Source of the DNA: Clostridia bacterium | GTDB lineage: Bacteria; Bacillota; Clostridia; UBA1212; DUPL01 | Direction: 5' to 3' | DNA length: 64,000 nt | Assembly (NCBI GenBank): GCA_050951325.1 | Contig: JBMNIW010000012.1 | Span: 416,001-480,000 of the forward strand | Shown here: positions 50,720 to 60,569 of the stretch, in pieces | How positions within the stretch are numbered: position 1 is the first letter of the stretch | Layout: each line of letters starts with the position of its first letter | The notes under the pieces: model-generated | Databases searched by the model: none | Seen by the model: the letters and a program-made list of their open reading frames with translations, nothing else | What the model was told of the DNA's origin: nothing | Position numbers and translations under genes: made by a program

Positions 50720-51740
50720 TTAACTCCTGTAAACATAATTCAGCCTGCCATAAGGTGCTGTATCGCCATTAAGATAAAAATCCTCTATTGTCCAGTCACC
50801 GGCTATTCCATCCGCCCATTTGAATTGGAACTCAAAAGGAGTTTTTTCAAGCCCAATAAGCTTTCTTGGCACCATAAGCATCATCTCACTGCCTTCGTGC
50901 TTCATAGGGGCCCTGCCTATTGGCACGAACCTCCACGCTCCAAGGCTTTTGTAAACTATGGAGTTGTCCCCATCCACCAGCTCAAGATTCGCCGCATACT
51001 GGTACCTTTCCCATCCTATGAAGTCATTCCCTTCTACATGCAGGAACAACCTCCTCCATGGTGTGAAAGAATACCTCTGCATCCTGTCGAAAGTGCTTAC
51101 ATAGAAATACACATTCTCGTCATCGTAACAGATCTTCATTCTGTCAATGTCGTTCCTGCCGGTGTCATTCACGTACCTGTCTCCCCCTACGCCGAAATGA
51201 TCCCTGTGGCAGTTCCCAAAAGGAAGGTCATGGAACGTTGGCTCCACATCCTCCCACTGGGCAAACTGGCCATGAATATCGATGGTCTTCCTCATTCCGG
51301 GTTTTACTTCGTCCATACCTTTAAACCTGCGGACGTAATCGACAAGCTGCATGTAATAATCGTCAAAATGTCCATCGCGCATGGGCTCGATATCCCTGCT
51401 GAACTCCTGGTTTGCCTGGTCTATGAACGTGACAGGTCTCTCCTTTGAGCCACGGACCCTTCCCATGGTCCATTCATTCCATCCGGTCACGAAGATGATC
51501 CTTGGGTCCTGCTCCATCGCGTACTCCCACTGCTCCGCAATGTTGAATCCCCAGTTCAGGGCACCCTTGGTCCTGTCGTTGTATCCATCATGGAAAGCCC
51601 TTCCACGGTTCCTGACTTCTCCATACATCGCCGAATCCCCAAACTTTATCTGTGGATGCTGAGCAACGGAAACACTGATGATTTCGGGATTGCCGTCCTT
51701 GTCCCTGAATACATGCTGCGGACGCTCAAATGCAATCCAG
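50720..51740 (-). pseudogene. 5'-truncated GH99/GH71-like glycoside hydrolase
   Basis: VTGWNEW, EFSRDIEPM.DGHFDDYY; frame extends upstream of 51628 without a start; GC-rich relative to flanks. Confidence 0.6.
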
Positions 51741-51810
51741 TGGCACGCAACAGGTTAATGTTGATGACACCGTAGTCCTGTAGGCCGCCCTGCAGCAACA
51801 TAGGGATCAG

Positions 51811-52137
51811 ATGGGAAAGGAGTATAAAGCCCTAGACAATCTATTGATAATGCGTGAGGATGGGGAGATCGATAAAGAGACATTTTTAAGGCGAAAAGAA
51901 ATTAGGGAGACAAACATAAAAGTGATAAAAGAAAAAATAAATGAACTCGAGGAGAGAATTAAGAGAAGCCAGGCCATGGATGATAAAAGGCGACTGGCTA
52001 ATATTGAAAACTTTTTTACAAAATGGGAACAGACAGATAGCATTGAATTGAAAAATCAGTTTTTGAGAATGATTATCGACAACATTATCTATAAAAGAGA
52101 GTGAGATGAGATTGAGAACGTTGTAAATTTTTGTTAG
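51811..52137 (+). pseudogene. C-terminal remnant of a large serine recombinase
   Basis: DGEIDKETFL, KNQFLRMIIDNIIYKRE*DEIENVVNFC parallels KNQLLKTIVKKIYYNREGNTVTFEIEYL of the 46499 LSR. Confidence 0.75.
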
Positions 52138-52167
52138 GCGTATAGCGCAGGGACGGAACGCTTGATA

Positions 52168-52377
52168 TTACAACATTGTCGTTTGGTGTATATTGCAGAC
52201 ATGGCACCAGTGACAGGTGGAATAGCCGATGGAAAGAAAGACAGGCTTGTCCTCTGCCTTCGCCTTTACAATGGCTTCTTCACCCCAGGGAAACCAGTCC
52301 ACAGGATTGTATGCATGTTGCAACAAGTAGGGGGATTTCTCGTGAATCAGTCTATTGGCTTGTTTGCTGGTTGACAT
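52168..52377 (-). pseudogene. yyaL 5' fragment copy 3 (outermost, possibly the native start)
   Basis: [25 protein letters not shown]...[12 protein letters not shown], then att-arm sequence; junction core 52205-52212. Confidence 0.9.
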
Positions 52378-52530
52378 CGGTATCACGTCCTTGATTTCTA
52401 GCGTTCTCATCACTATACGCATAACTTTGACACTTATTATTAGCGAGTCTCATATAACAAGTTGCTATTTGTATTATAACCTTTTTATGGTCTCTTTTAT
52501 TCTCGTCTTTCAGAGCTGTCCCTGCATACA

Positions 52531-53487
52531 CTATGCATAAATCAATTCATCATAAGGTATTCTTCTAACTAGTTCGAAATTAACAAGATATGTATCTAAC
52601 CTTTCTCCATGATATAGGTCAATACCATTTTCATTCAGTACTACTTTATATGATTCCCAATTATCTGGGTATAAGTCTTGAATATTCCATACCGGCTCCA
52701 TTGTCTCGCAATTAACAATTTCAGAGAAATAGAGTTCACCATGTTCCCATGTGTTCGTGGCTAATGCAAGGTATGTCACTCCATTGATACTTATAATCCT
52801 ATATGATAAACTGTCTTCCAAATAAGATATATCATATCTTTTACTTATAACTTCACCTGTAGTGCTGCCTGCTCAATGCCTTAGTGCAGGCGACTACCGC
52901 CCAGAATGCCTCATGGGAGCTCGCGGAAGTCTCCGGTCGGGAGCTGGTGCCCAGAATATATTGTCATCCATCCAATAAGCTATATAGTCTGTTCTATCAG
53001 GGAAAATAGTATGGTATATGTTATTTAAGATTTCTTCATTTTTAGTCAAATCCCTTATATATACATTTCTAACTGTCGGACTAGGTGTTTGTTGTTCTGT
53101 TTGGAATGGAGTCTTTTTCGGGGTGAGTATTGGTGTTGCAGTATAATTAGTTTGGAAATTTGGCGTTGTTTGAGAAGCAGGGGTAGGACTCACGCCAATG
53201 AATCGTTCATAAAGACTTGTTATCGTGTCCGGAAAAAGTATAACAAGCAATAAAACAAATAGTATTGCTGCTGTTGCTATGCTTGCAATCAAACTGTGCC
53301 TTTTTGGATATATATCAGCGCCAATCATAGAAGTAGTATTCATACTGTTAAGTTTTTCTATCTGAATGTTGTCTTCATTATTAAGAAGTTTAGTTATAGA
53401 CACAAATAACTTCTCGTTATCATTACTATCGTACTTTACTTTAGACATGAGTTCCAAATATTTATTTATACTATTATCATCCATCAC
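52531..53487 (-). pseudogene. Putative anti-sigma factor split by in-frame stops in a GC-rich patch
   Basis: TM plus Pro/Thr linker; ORFs 52894-53487 and 52531-52821 share one frame, with TAG and TGA between them. Confidence 0.6.
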
Positions 53488-53966
53488 TATTCCTCCTCAA
53501 TTCTTTTTTTAAGTTCAATCCTTGCTCTTCTCAGCCATGTACTTATTGTATTTATCTTTTTATCCAACAACTCTGCAATTTCGGGTACTGTATATTCTTC
53601 GTAATAGTAAAGATATAAGACGTTTTTGTATTTATCAGGCAGCTTCATTATTAATTCAAATATGTACCTATCCTCAGGTAATACAAAGAATTGGGTTGCT
53701 TCCCTTTCTTGAATTGATACAGTCCGTTTTCGCCAAGAAGATTTAGTGTGGTTTTTACACATATTTAGGGTTACTTTTATTAGCCATGCTTTTACATAGT
53801 TTTCGTTGTCAAACGCTTTCTTGCAAGTCATTAATTTTATAAATACCTCTTGGGTTATATCTTCTGCCACATAAAAGTCATTTGTGTTTTGTACTGCAAT
53901 TCGTAATATCATTGAACTATATTTCATTATCATATCACTTAGAGAACTTTCATCATATGTACCCAC
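53487..53966 (-). CDS. ECF RNA polymerase sigma factor
   Basis: AEDITQEVF, AWLIKVTLN, YTVPEIAELL..KINTISTWLRRAR. Confidence 0.92.
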   Translation of the reverse strand: MGTYDESSLSDMIMKYSSMILRIAVQNTNDFYVAEDITQEVFIKLMTCKKAFDNENYVKAWLIKVTLNMCKNHTKSSWRKRTVSIQEREATQFFVLPEDRYIFELIMKLPDKYKNVLYLYYYEEYTVPEIAELLDKKINTISTWLRRARIELKKRIEEE

Positions 53967-54365
53967 GAAATCAAACTCCTTTTCTTAACATATATAAAAC
54001 AATTAACTAGACCAAAACCGTTCATTGCAGGAGAAAAAACTTTTAGTGATCAGTTTATACTTTTAATGTTACCATATTAATGCCTATTAATTTAGAGGCA
54101 ATTATGTAGATCTTGTACATCTTGCCATTGTCTGCCTTTGAGCTTGCAGCCAAGTTGCTTCCAGTCCTATTGCTGATTCAAGGTTTGAGTTAAGTTTTAA
54201 AAGGCTCTTCTAATTTTAGTATGTTTTGTCCAATTATATTGTTGTAGAAATGTATTCTAAAAATCAAAAACTGATTCCAGGCTGAATAAATAAGTAGGTC
54301 TTGTGTATTTTCATTTATTACATATTGTGATAATACAGTAATAAATATTAGTGGGGGGTTTTGTT

Positions 54366-55181
54366 ATGAGAATAAGAAATTTAGCTGTATTTTCTATTGT
54401 TATTGTATTGTTATTATCGTTTTTAGCCACATCGGCTTCAACTAGTGGGTATGTAACCGACGGTCTTGTTGCGTTATATGGTGGTAACAGAAACCAAGGC
54501 AACAAGCATGACAAGCAAAGTACTATATGGAAGGATCTGAGTGGTAACAATAATGACATATCTTTGACATTGGGCGACAATGTCAAGTGGGAGGACAATG
54601 GATTGTTTCTTGACACCATCAAGGTTTACTTGCCTGATGTCATTAAGGATACCATTAACGGAAACGAATTTACTGCTGAGGTTGTCCTCAACAACTTTAC
54701 ATCAAAGGCGGATAGCTTCAATACGTTCTTAAACAGCACCAATGACAATTTTGCATTGTACCGCAGAGTACCAAACGATGTCTTTATGTTTAAGAACAAC
54801 TCCAATGCAAGACCTGTAACTCCTGACGGAACGGCTCTTGACTATCTTTCTACCAGTGTAACTATTACCGTAACATACAAGGTTGGAGGCAAGGCAACTC
54901 TTTATGTCAATGGTGAAAAGCAAGGCGCCACGGACGCTGTAGTTGCAATTGGTGCCAATGATATGTATATTTGTATAGACCATCCTCAAAAGAAGTTCAG
55001 CGCTGTATATGAAGGATTACGTTTTTACAACAGAGAGCTGACGGCTGAGGAGGTTGCCCAAAACTATGAGGCAGACCTTAATCCTGTCAACCCTGCAACA
55101 GGTGTTGTTCCGACATTCTTCTACATGACGGTAGCACTGGGACTTGCAGGAAACGCCTTCAAGAGAAAGAAGGAAGAATAA
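54366..55181 (+). CDS. Secreted LamG/ConA-like protein with sortase-type signal
   Basis: Signal peptide; WKDLSGNNND, LYVNG, RFYNRELTAEEV.QNY; NPATG plus TM plus basic tail. Confidence 0.8.
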   Translation: MRIRNLAVFSIVIVLLLSFLATSASTSGYVTDGLVALYGGNRNQGNKHDKQSTIWKDLSGNNNDISLTLGDNVKWEDNGLFLDTIKVYLPDVIKDTINGNEFTAEVVLNNFTSKADSFNTFLNSTNDNFALYRRVPNDVFMFKNNSNARPVTPDGTALDYLSTSVTITVTYKVGGKATLYVNGEKQGATDAVVAIGANDMYICIDHPQKKFSAVYEGLRFYNRELTAEEVAQNYEADLNPVNPATGVVPTFFYMTVALGLAGNAFKRKKEE

Positions 55182-55200
55182 TTAATTTTGTCTGCAAGAT

Positions 55201-55231
55201 AAAGGGCTGTAGCAAATGCTGCAGTCCTTTT
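55201..55231. terminator. Bidirectional terminator
   Basis: AAAGGGCTGTAGCA-AA-TGCTGCAGTCCTTTT between convergent genes. Confidence 0.7.
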
Positions 55232-55243
55232 ACATAATGTATG

Positions 55244-55861
55244 TCATTTTACTCTCGCTACTGCTCTTGCTATTGAGCTGTCAGCATTTATTCTTAAAGG
55301 GAAAGCATAGACTTCAAATCCGTCTGTTTCCAGCAGTTTGTCAAGATTTGTCATGTTCTCAATAATATAAATATTGTTGGATAGCAGCATTTTATGAATT
55401 TCAAAGGGATATTTGTCTGGAGAGGGCATGTCCATTCCAACCATTTTAATATTCATCCTCACAAGAAACTTGCAAAAATCCATATCCATACATGGATGAT
55501 TTTCATAATACTTGTCTGTTCCGTAATATTTATCAAATCCTGTGTACAAAAGGACAATGCAGCCTTCCTTTATTAAATCTTTATACTCTTCTTTCATAGT
55601 GATTACATCATGATATCTTACATCTAGCACACATCCCTCTCCAATTAACGATTCAAGTGGTATTTCGGAAACAAGTTGCTTGCTTTCAGTAAGATGCATG
55701 GGCGCATCTATATGTGTACCTGAATGCACACATATATTCAGTTTGAAGTTGTTGTATTCATCATGTTCATAGTATTTGATCTGACTTAGTTTAGTATTCG
55801 GATCGCCAGGATAGACAGGCATGCCGTTATGTATTACTTGTGATAAATCAATCAGTTTCAT
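55244..55861 (-). CDS. Cyclase family (kynurenine formamidase-like) metal hydrolase
   Basis: MPVYPGDP, HSGTHIDAP.H, GMD..SPD, H..LL...IIEN. Confidence 0.9.
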   Translation of the reverse strand: MKLIDLSQVIHNGMPVYPGDPNTKLSQIKYYEHDEYNNFKLNICVHSGTHIDAPMHLTESKQLVSEIPLESLIGEGCVLDVRYHDVITMKEEYKDLIKEGCIVLLYTGFDKYYGTDKYYENHPCMDMDFCKFLVRMNIKMVGMDMPSPDKYPFEIHKMLLSNNIYIIENMTNLDKLLETDGFEVYAFPLRINADSSIARAVARVK

Positions 55862-55965
55862 CAGCTAATCTCCTTTGAAAACATACATGTTTCTGAAAAA
55901 ATACTTTATCTTAAAGCAATAAAAATGTAAAGGGTCTGTGTGATATGTATTATTTAAAGGTAGTC

Positions 55966-55997
55966 GTCGCATTAGTTGAAATATAAACTAATGCGAC
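55966..55997 (-). terminator. Hairpin after codA
   Basis: GTCGCATTAGTT...AACTAATGCGAC. Confidence 0.55.
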
Positions 55998-56003
55998 TTT
56001 ATA

Positions 56004-57260
56004 TCAATATTTTATCCCTAAATCAAGTGCAACTTCGTATTCAACAGGCTTTCTCTTGAATAGATATTCGCCTTTTCTGACTGAAGCAAGAACTGGGGCA
56101 CGATTTCTAATAACATCAAACGAACTGTCCCCGTCAAGGACAATGAAGTTTGCATCTTTGCTAGCATCAAGGCCGTACTTGTCCTGGATGTGCATGCAGC
56201 GTGCGCCATTGTATGTTATCAAATCCAGATCCTTTTCAATCTCTTCAGGGGACATGATTTGTGCAAGATGTATTCCATTGTCAAGAATGTACATCATATT
56301 TCCGTTACCCATAGGATACCATGGGTCGTTTATGGAGTCTTGTGCAAAAGCAATATTAATGCCAGCTTCCATAAACTCTTTTACTCGGGTCAATCCGCGG
56401 CGTTTTGGATAAGTGTCCTGGCGTCCTTGCAGATATGCGTTTTCCGTTGGGCATGCTATAAAGTTCATTTTGCTCTTTTTGAACAAATCCATCATTCTAA
56501 ATGCATATGAATTGTCGGCAGAGCCAAACGAGCATGTGTGGCTTGCTGTTGTCTTTTCGCCATATCCTTCCATAAGAACAACCGCATTCAGAAGTTCAAC
56601 AAAACGTGAATTAGGGTCATCGGTCTCATCGCAGTGTACATCAATGAGTTTGTCATATTTCAGAGCAAGTTCCAACGTGTCGTATATTGATTTCTCGCCA
56701 AACTCCCTGGCCGGCTCGTAGTGTGGTATTCCTCCTACAACATCAGCGCCCATTTTAAGAGCTTCCTCGACCAAATCACGACCGCCTTTGAACGTATACA
56801 TACCTTCCTGTGGGAATGCAACAACTTGAATCTCAACAATATTTTTTAACTCTTCTCTTAGTTCAAGAAGAGCTCTTAAAGCTGTGAAGTTTTTGTCTGT
56901 AATGTCCACATGTGTTCGAATGTACTGAACTCCCTGGGAAACCTCATCTCTGATTGCTTTTGTTGCAAGTTTCTTTACACTATCAACTGTCAATGTCTCT
57001 TTGAACTTTGGCCACATTTCAATAGCTTCGAAAAGGGTTCCTGAACCAGCGCCAGCCTGTCCAAGTTCCGACAAAGTGTATACGTAATCCAGGTGCAAGT
57101 GAGGATCAACATAAGGTGCTATAACCAGTTTTCCTCCCAGATCAATTACCTCGTCTGCAGGCCCAAGATTCGTTCCAATCGCTTTTATAACTCCGTTATC
57201 TACCAGTATTTCATTTGCGTCTCCATGACGATATATTACTGCATTAGTATATTTCTTCAT
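56004..57260 (-). CDS. codA: Cytosine deaminase (amidohydrolase)
   Basis: PHLHLD, SGTLFEAI, RTHVD, AFPQEG, DVHCDE, QGRQDTYPKRRGLTRV, DPWYP.G. Confidence 0.9.
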   Translation of the reverse strand: MKKYTNAVIYRHGDANEILVDNGVIKAIGTNLGPADEVIDLGGKLVIAPYVDPHLHLDYVYTLSELGQAGAGSGTLFEAIEMWPKFKETLTVDSVKKLATKAIRDEVSQGVQYIRTHVDITDKNFTALRALLELREELKNIVEIQVVAFPQEGMYTFKGGRDLVEEALKMGADVVGGIPHYEPAREFGEKSIYDTLELALKYDKLIDVHCDETDDPNSRFVELLNAVVLMEGYGEKTTASHTCSFGSADNSYAFRMMDLFKKSKMNFIACPTENAYLQGRQDTYPKRRGLTRVKEFMEAGINIAFAQDSINDPWYPMGNGNMMYILDNGIHLAQIMSPEEIEKDLDLITYNGARCMHIQDKYGLDASKDANFIVLDGDSSFDVIRNRAPVLASVRKGEYLFKRKPVEYEVALDLGIKY

Positions 57261-58191
57261 AATGTCCTCCTTTATTTAATCCTTTCCTAGAATCTTTTGC
57301 AGTTGGAATATTCATATTGATTAGCACAATTGATGCAAGCATTATGATTATTCCAACATAACCAACCACGTTTATTTTCTCATTTAACAGAAATACTCCG
57401 GCTACAGTAGCAATAACCACCTCAATGGAAGCAACTATTGTAGTCTTTGATGCATCTATACCCATTGACAGCCCTTTAAAGAAGAGAATGTTTGCCACAG
57501 TGCCACTTAGCCCTGCACCGGTGAATGACCAGAATAAAAATTCGCCGTTTGCAAACAGCTCCACATTGTTCCATGGTTTTGCAAAAAAGGCTGTTGCAAG
57601 CGAGCTGAATAGAAGCATATAAAATGCCATGGTGACAGAGTCATCACCGCTTGTCCCGATTTTACCAAGAATTGTACTGAGTCCATACAGAAATCCTGCA
57701 ATAAGTCCCAATGCCAACCCTAAACCTGAAATATTCAGCTCTGCAAAATTGCCTCCGGTTACCATAAGTGCACACCCAAACAGATTTAACGCCAGTGCAA
57801 ACACCTGATAACCCTTAAGTTTCTCTTTGAAGAATATTATAGCCATTATTGCTGTCCAAACTGGTGCTAGATACATTAGAATTGTAGATGTAGCCACTCC
57901 TACGAGTATCATGCTGGTGTCCAAAGACAGTTTGAAAATTCCTTTGGTTAGTACACCCAGCATAATACTGACCAATAGTCCTTTTTTAGATATTTTTAAA
58001 CCTTTGATACCTTTCTTTGCCAGTAAATAGATTAGTAATGTTGGCAGAGCCAAGAAATGACCTGCGAAAGCAGTCATTAGCGATGATGCACCCGCTTCAC
58101 TCATCTTTGTAACAAAAAAACCGCCGATGCCCCATAAGGATCCGGCTATGGCAACGAAAAGATATCCTTTTAGGTGTTTTCTTTTTTCCAT
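57244..58191 (-). CDS. EamA/DMT family transporter
   Basis: About 10 TM helices, YLAP, FFKEKL, SIEVV. Confidence 0.9.
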   Translation of the reverse strand: MEKRKHLKGYLFVAIAGSLWGIGGFFVTKMSEAGASSLMTAFAGHFLALPTLLIYLLAKKGIKGLKISKKGLLVSIMLGVLTKGIFKLSLDTSMILVGVATSTILMYLAPVWTAIMAIIFFKEKLKGYQVFALALNLFGCALMVTGGNFAELNISGLGLALGLIAGFLYGLSTILGKIGTSGDDSVTMAFYMLLFSSLATAFFAKPWNNVELFANGEFLFWSFTGAGLSGTVANILFFKGLSMGIDASKTTIVASIEVVIATVAGVFLLNEKINVVGYVGIIIMLASIVLINMNIPTAKDSRKGLNKGGHYEEIY

Positions 58192-58503
58192 AATAACCTG
58201 CCTTTGATAAATATTTGGTTATACCTATAGTATTACACAATTTTCTAATTGTATCAAATTTTTTGGAAACGCAAATAATTTATATAACAATTTTACTATT
58301 GCTCATAAACCTCTTGAGTGCTATTATGTGCCATATTAAAATTATTATGGGGGATAGAAATGGTAGTATTTGTTTTTGGCGTTGTGAAATAAATATTTAC
58401 GAAATAATGAATAAAGGGTGTTGTAAAAGCGTGTAAATTAATTTATAATAAATTTGAACAAAAAATTAACGAACAAAAAATTGTGAATAAGGAGGCAATT
58501 CTT

Positions 58504-59133
58504 ATGTCAAAAAAATTAATAATAACCATGGTTTTGGTTATGAGTATTATTGGATCAATAATGGCTTTTGCAGCACCTACTGATATTCCACTGAATGGAA
58601 CAGGTGCCGGGGTTGGTGCTCCACAAATTACAGCTACTGACCATCTTGGTGTCAAGTTTGCAGTTCCTGAAGGTAAAGTATTGCTTAAGTTCTCAATAGT
58701 AAATATGCCTACATATGAATCTAACAATGCATACTATACATTCAAGCTGTTTGCATGGAATACTGATTTTGATACTACAGTAAGTGGAACGCCATTGTAT
58801 ACAAAGAAGGTTGAGAATCAACACGATAATGTAACTGCCACGTTTGAATTCCCAGAGGCTCTTCCGGCTGGTGAATACCTGGCACATGTCAGCGAGGGTG
58901 GAGTAACCGAGGGTACTGGATGTCCTGCAGTCTGGACTTCAGGTCCAAAGGAAGGCGTAACCACTTTCTGGTCAGGTAAGCAAAGAGATGACTTTACCGC
59001 CAATGTTGCTATCACTGTAGATGATGCTCCAAATCCCCAAACAAGTGACAGTATATTAATTCTTCCTTTTGTATTGGCTGTAATGCTGCCTGTTGCAGTA
59101 TTAACAAATACAAGGAAAAGAGTGTCAGCATAA
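58504..59133 (+). CDS. Secreted surface protein with NPQTS sorting-like signal
   Basis: Signal peptide; NPQTSD plus TM plus RKR tail; SD AAGGAGG. Confidence 0.7.
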   Translation: MSKKLIITMVLVMSIIGSIMAFAAPTDIPLNGTGAGVGAPQITATDHLGVKFAVPEGKVLLKFSIVNMPTYESNNAYYTFKLFAWNTDFDTTVSGTPLYTKKVENQHDNVTATFEFPEALPAGEYLAHVSEGGVTEGTGCPAVWTSGPKEGVTTFWSGKQRDDFTANVAITVDDAPNPQTSDSILILPFVLAVMLPVAVLTNTRKRVSA

Positions 59134-59137
59134 CTTA

Positions 59138-59157
59138 AAGCCGGCGAGAGCCGGCTT
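59138..59157. terminator. Bidirectional terminator
   Basis: AAGCCGGC-GAGA-GCCGGCTT. Confidence 0.7.
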
Positions 59158-59170
59158 ATTATTACACTCT

Positions 59171-60430
59171 CTATTTTTTTATCTTGTCTTCATAACCTTT
59201 CTCAACAAGGACGGGACATTTTTTTCTTGCCTTGTATGCCTCTATGTATTCTTTCATCCAGCGGTAATACTGATCGCCATGACCGCCTTCCATTGGTTCG
59301 ATATCTCTACTGTATTCAATATTGTAGTTGTCAACAAAGTGAGATTCCGGTTTTCCATCACCATCTATATCAACCAGAAACCTTTGAGCAACCCATTCAT
59401 TCCACCAGGTTATAGTAACTACCTTTGGATGATACTCAAAAGCCCTTTTCCACTGATTATAGAAGGTTACTCCTCCATTTCTTCCTATGGCGGATTTGGT
59501 ATTGGACATGTAGTTTTCCTGCCTTGCAACATATACGCTAATGTGTTCATAGAAACCCAAGTCGTCCGCACATGGCACGGAACCGTCGTACAGGAATGAC
59601 CACTCGTGTTGTTTGAGCTGCTGGCCTTTTCTGAAAATTGCAACCGTCATCTGTCGAAGAGTTAAATTATCTTTATACTTGAATCTATCCACGCTGGCGA
59701 TTCCAGGCTCGTTTGTCAGTCTTGTTACAGCCATAAAGGGCTTTCCATCCCAGTATACCCAGCAGTCCTTGTACTTGTCGTTGGTGTAGAATTCTTCATA
59801 AACTCTTTTGGGAGTCGCCCACCCAATATTTGAGTCCACTCTGTTCCAGAAGACAACGTATGGTGTTTGCAACCCCTCTTCCCTCATTTCAACTATTGTA
59901 TCCAAGAGAGCGGTGCAGGATTGGGTGACCATCCTGTCCCAATAGCTGTTTTCAACGCCTGCCTGCCATGTTGTTGCCTGTGCATTTGTGTTATCGATGA
60001 TTATGAAATCAACACCTGCTTCATAAAGCTGTTTCATGTGAGCTCTTATTACATCCTTGTCATCGCTTCTGTAATACCCTAGAGCAGGCTTTGCCCAATA
60101 GTGGAAGGCGTGTTCAGGACCCCATTGTGGTGTTTCACCCTTTTTCTCCTGTTCCAATATTTCTGTGATGTTGTAGATTACCGGGTTTGTTTTGCTTACA
60201 ACAGGATTGAACCAGGTTGAGTAACAGATTGATACAAGGTCTTCCTTTAATGTTATGTCAAGGCCGTAGGATACTTCCTGATAATCCTTGTATCTCTCTT
60301 CCAAAGCTAATATGTAATCTGATTTTGGTGTAGCTGTTGGTTCGGGAGTGGGTTTTCCCGGCTGATTACTGCATCCAACAGCTATCAATCCAAGGGATAA
60401 AGCAAAGAAAGCAATAAAATATTTCTTCAT
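59171..60430 (-). CDS. Lipoprotein, GH99/GH71-like glycoside hydrolase
   Basis: Lipobox AVGC; HYW.KP.LGYYRSDD, AGVDF, WWNEW, SRDIEPM.GGHGDQYY. Confidence 0.7.
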   Translation of the reverse strand: MKKYFIAFFALSLGLIAVGCSNQPGKPTPEPTATPKSDYILALEERYKDYQEVSYGLDITLKEDLVSICYSTWFNPVVSKTNPVIYNITEILEQEKKGETPQWGPEHAFHYWAKPALGYYRSDDKDVIRAHMKQLYEAGVDFIIIDNTNAQATTWQAGVENSYWDRMVTQSCTALLDTIVEMREEGLQTPYVVFWNRVDSNIGWATPKRVYEEFYTNDKYKDCWVYWDGKPFMAVTRLTNEPGIASVDRFKYKDNLTLRQMTVAIFRKGQQLKQHEWSFLYDGSVPCADDLGFYEHISVYVARQENYMSNTKSAIGRNGGVTFYNQWKRAFEYHPKVVTITWWNEWVAQRFLVDIDGDGKPESHFVDNYNIEYSRDIEPMEGGHGDQYYRWMKEYIEAYKARKKCPVLVEKGYEDKIKK

Positions 60431-60569
60431 GGTTATCCTCCGTGCTTGTTTTTCTTACATATATAATATGATTATTGCTGACAAAATACAAGGACAAAAG
60501 CAAATTTAAAACTTTATAATTCCCCTTTTCTGTGATATATTAGTTTTAAACGAATGAAGGGAGTCAATT

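Larger units (their letters stand above)
48044..52209. mobile_element. Decayed second element in tandem at the same yyaL site
   Basis: LSR 3' remnant 71 bp from a third CACCAGTG junction; cargo mostly gene fragments. Confidence 0.65.

Noticed and set aside
50825-51448. 207-aa plus-strand ORF
   Set aside because: Antisense shadow of the GC-rich glycoside hydrolase fragment.
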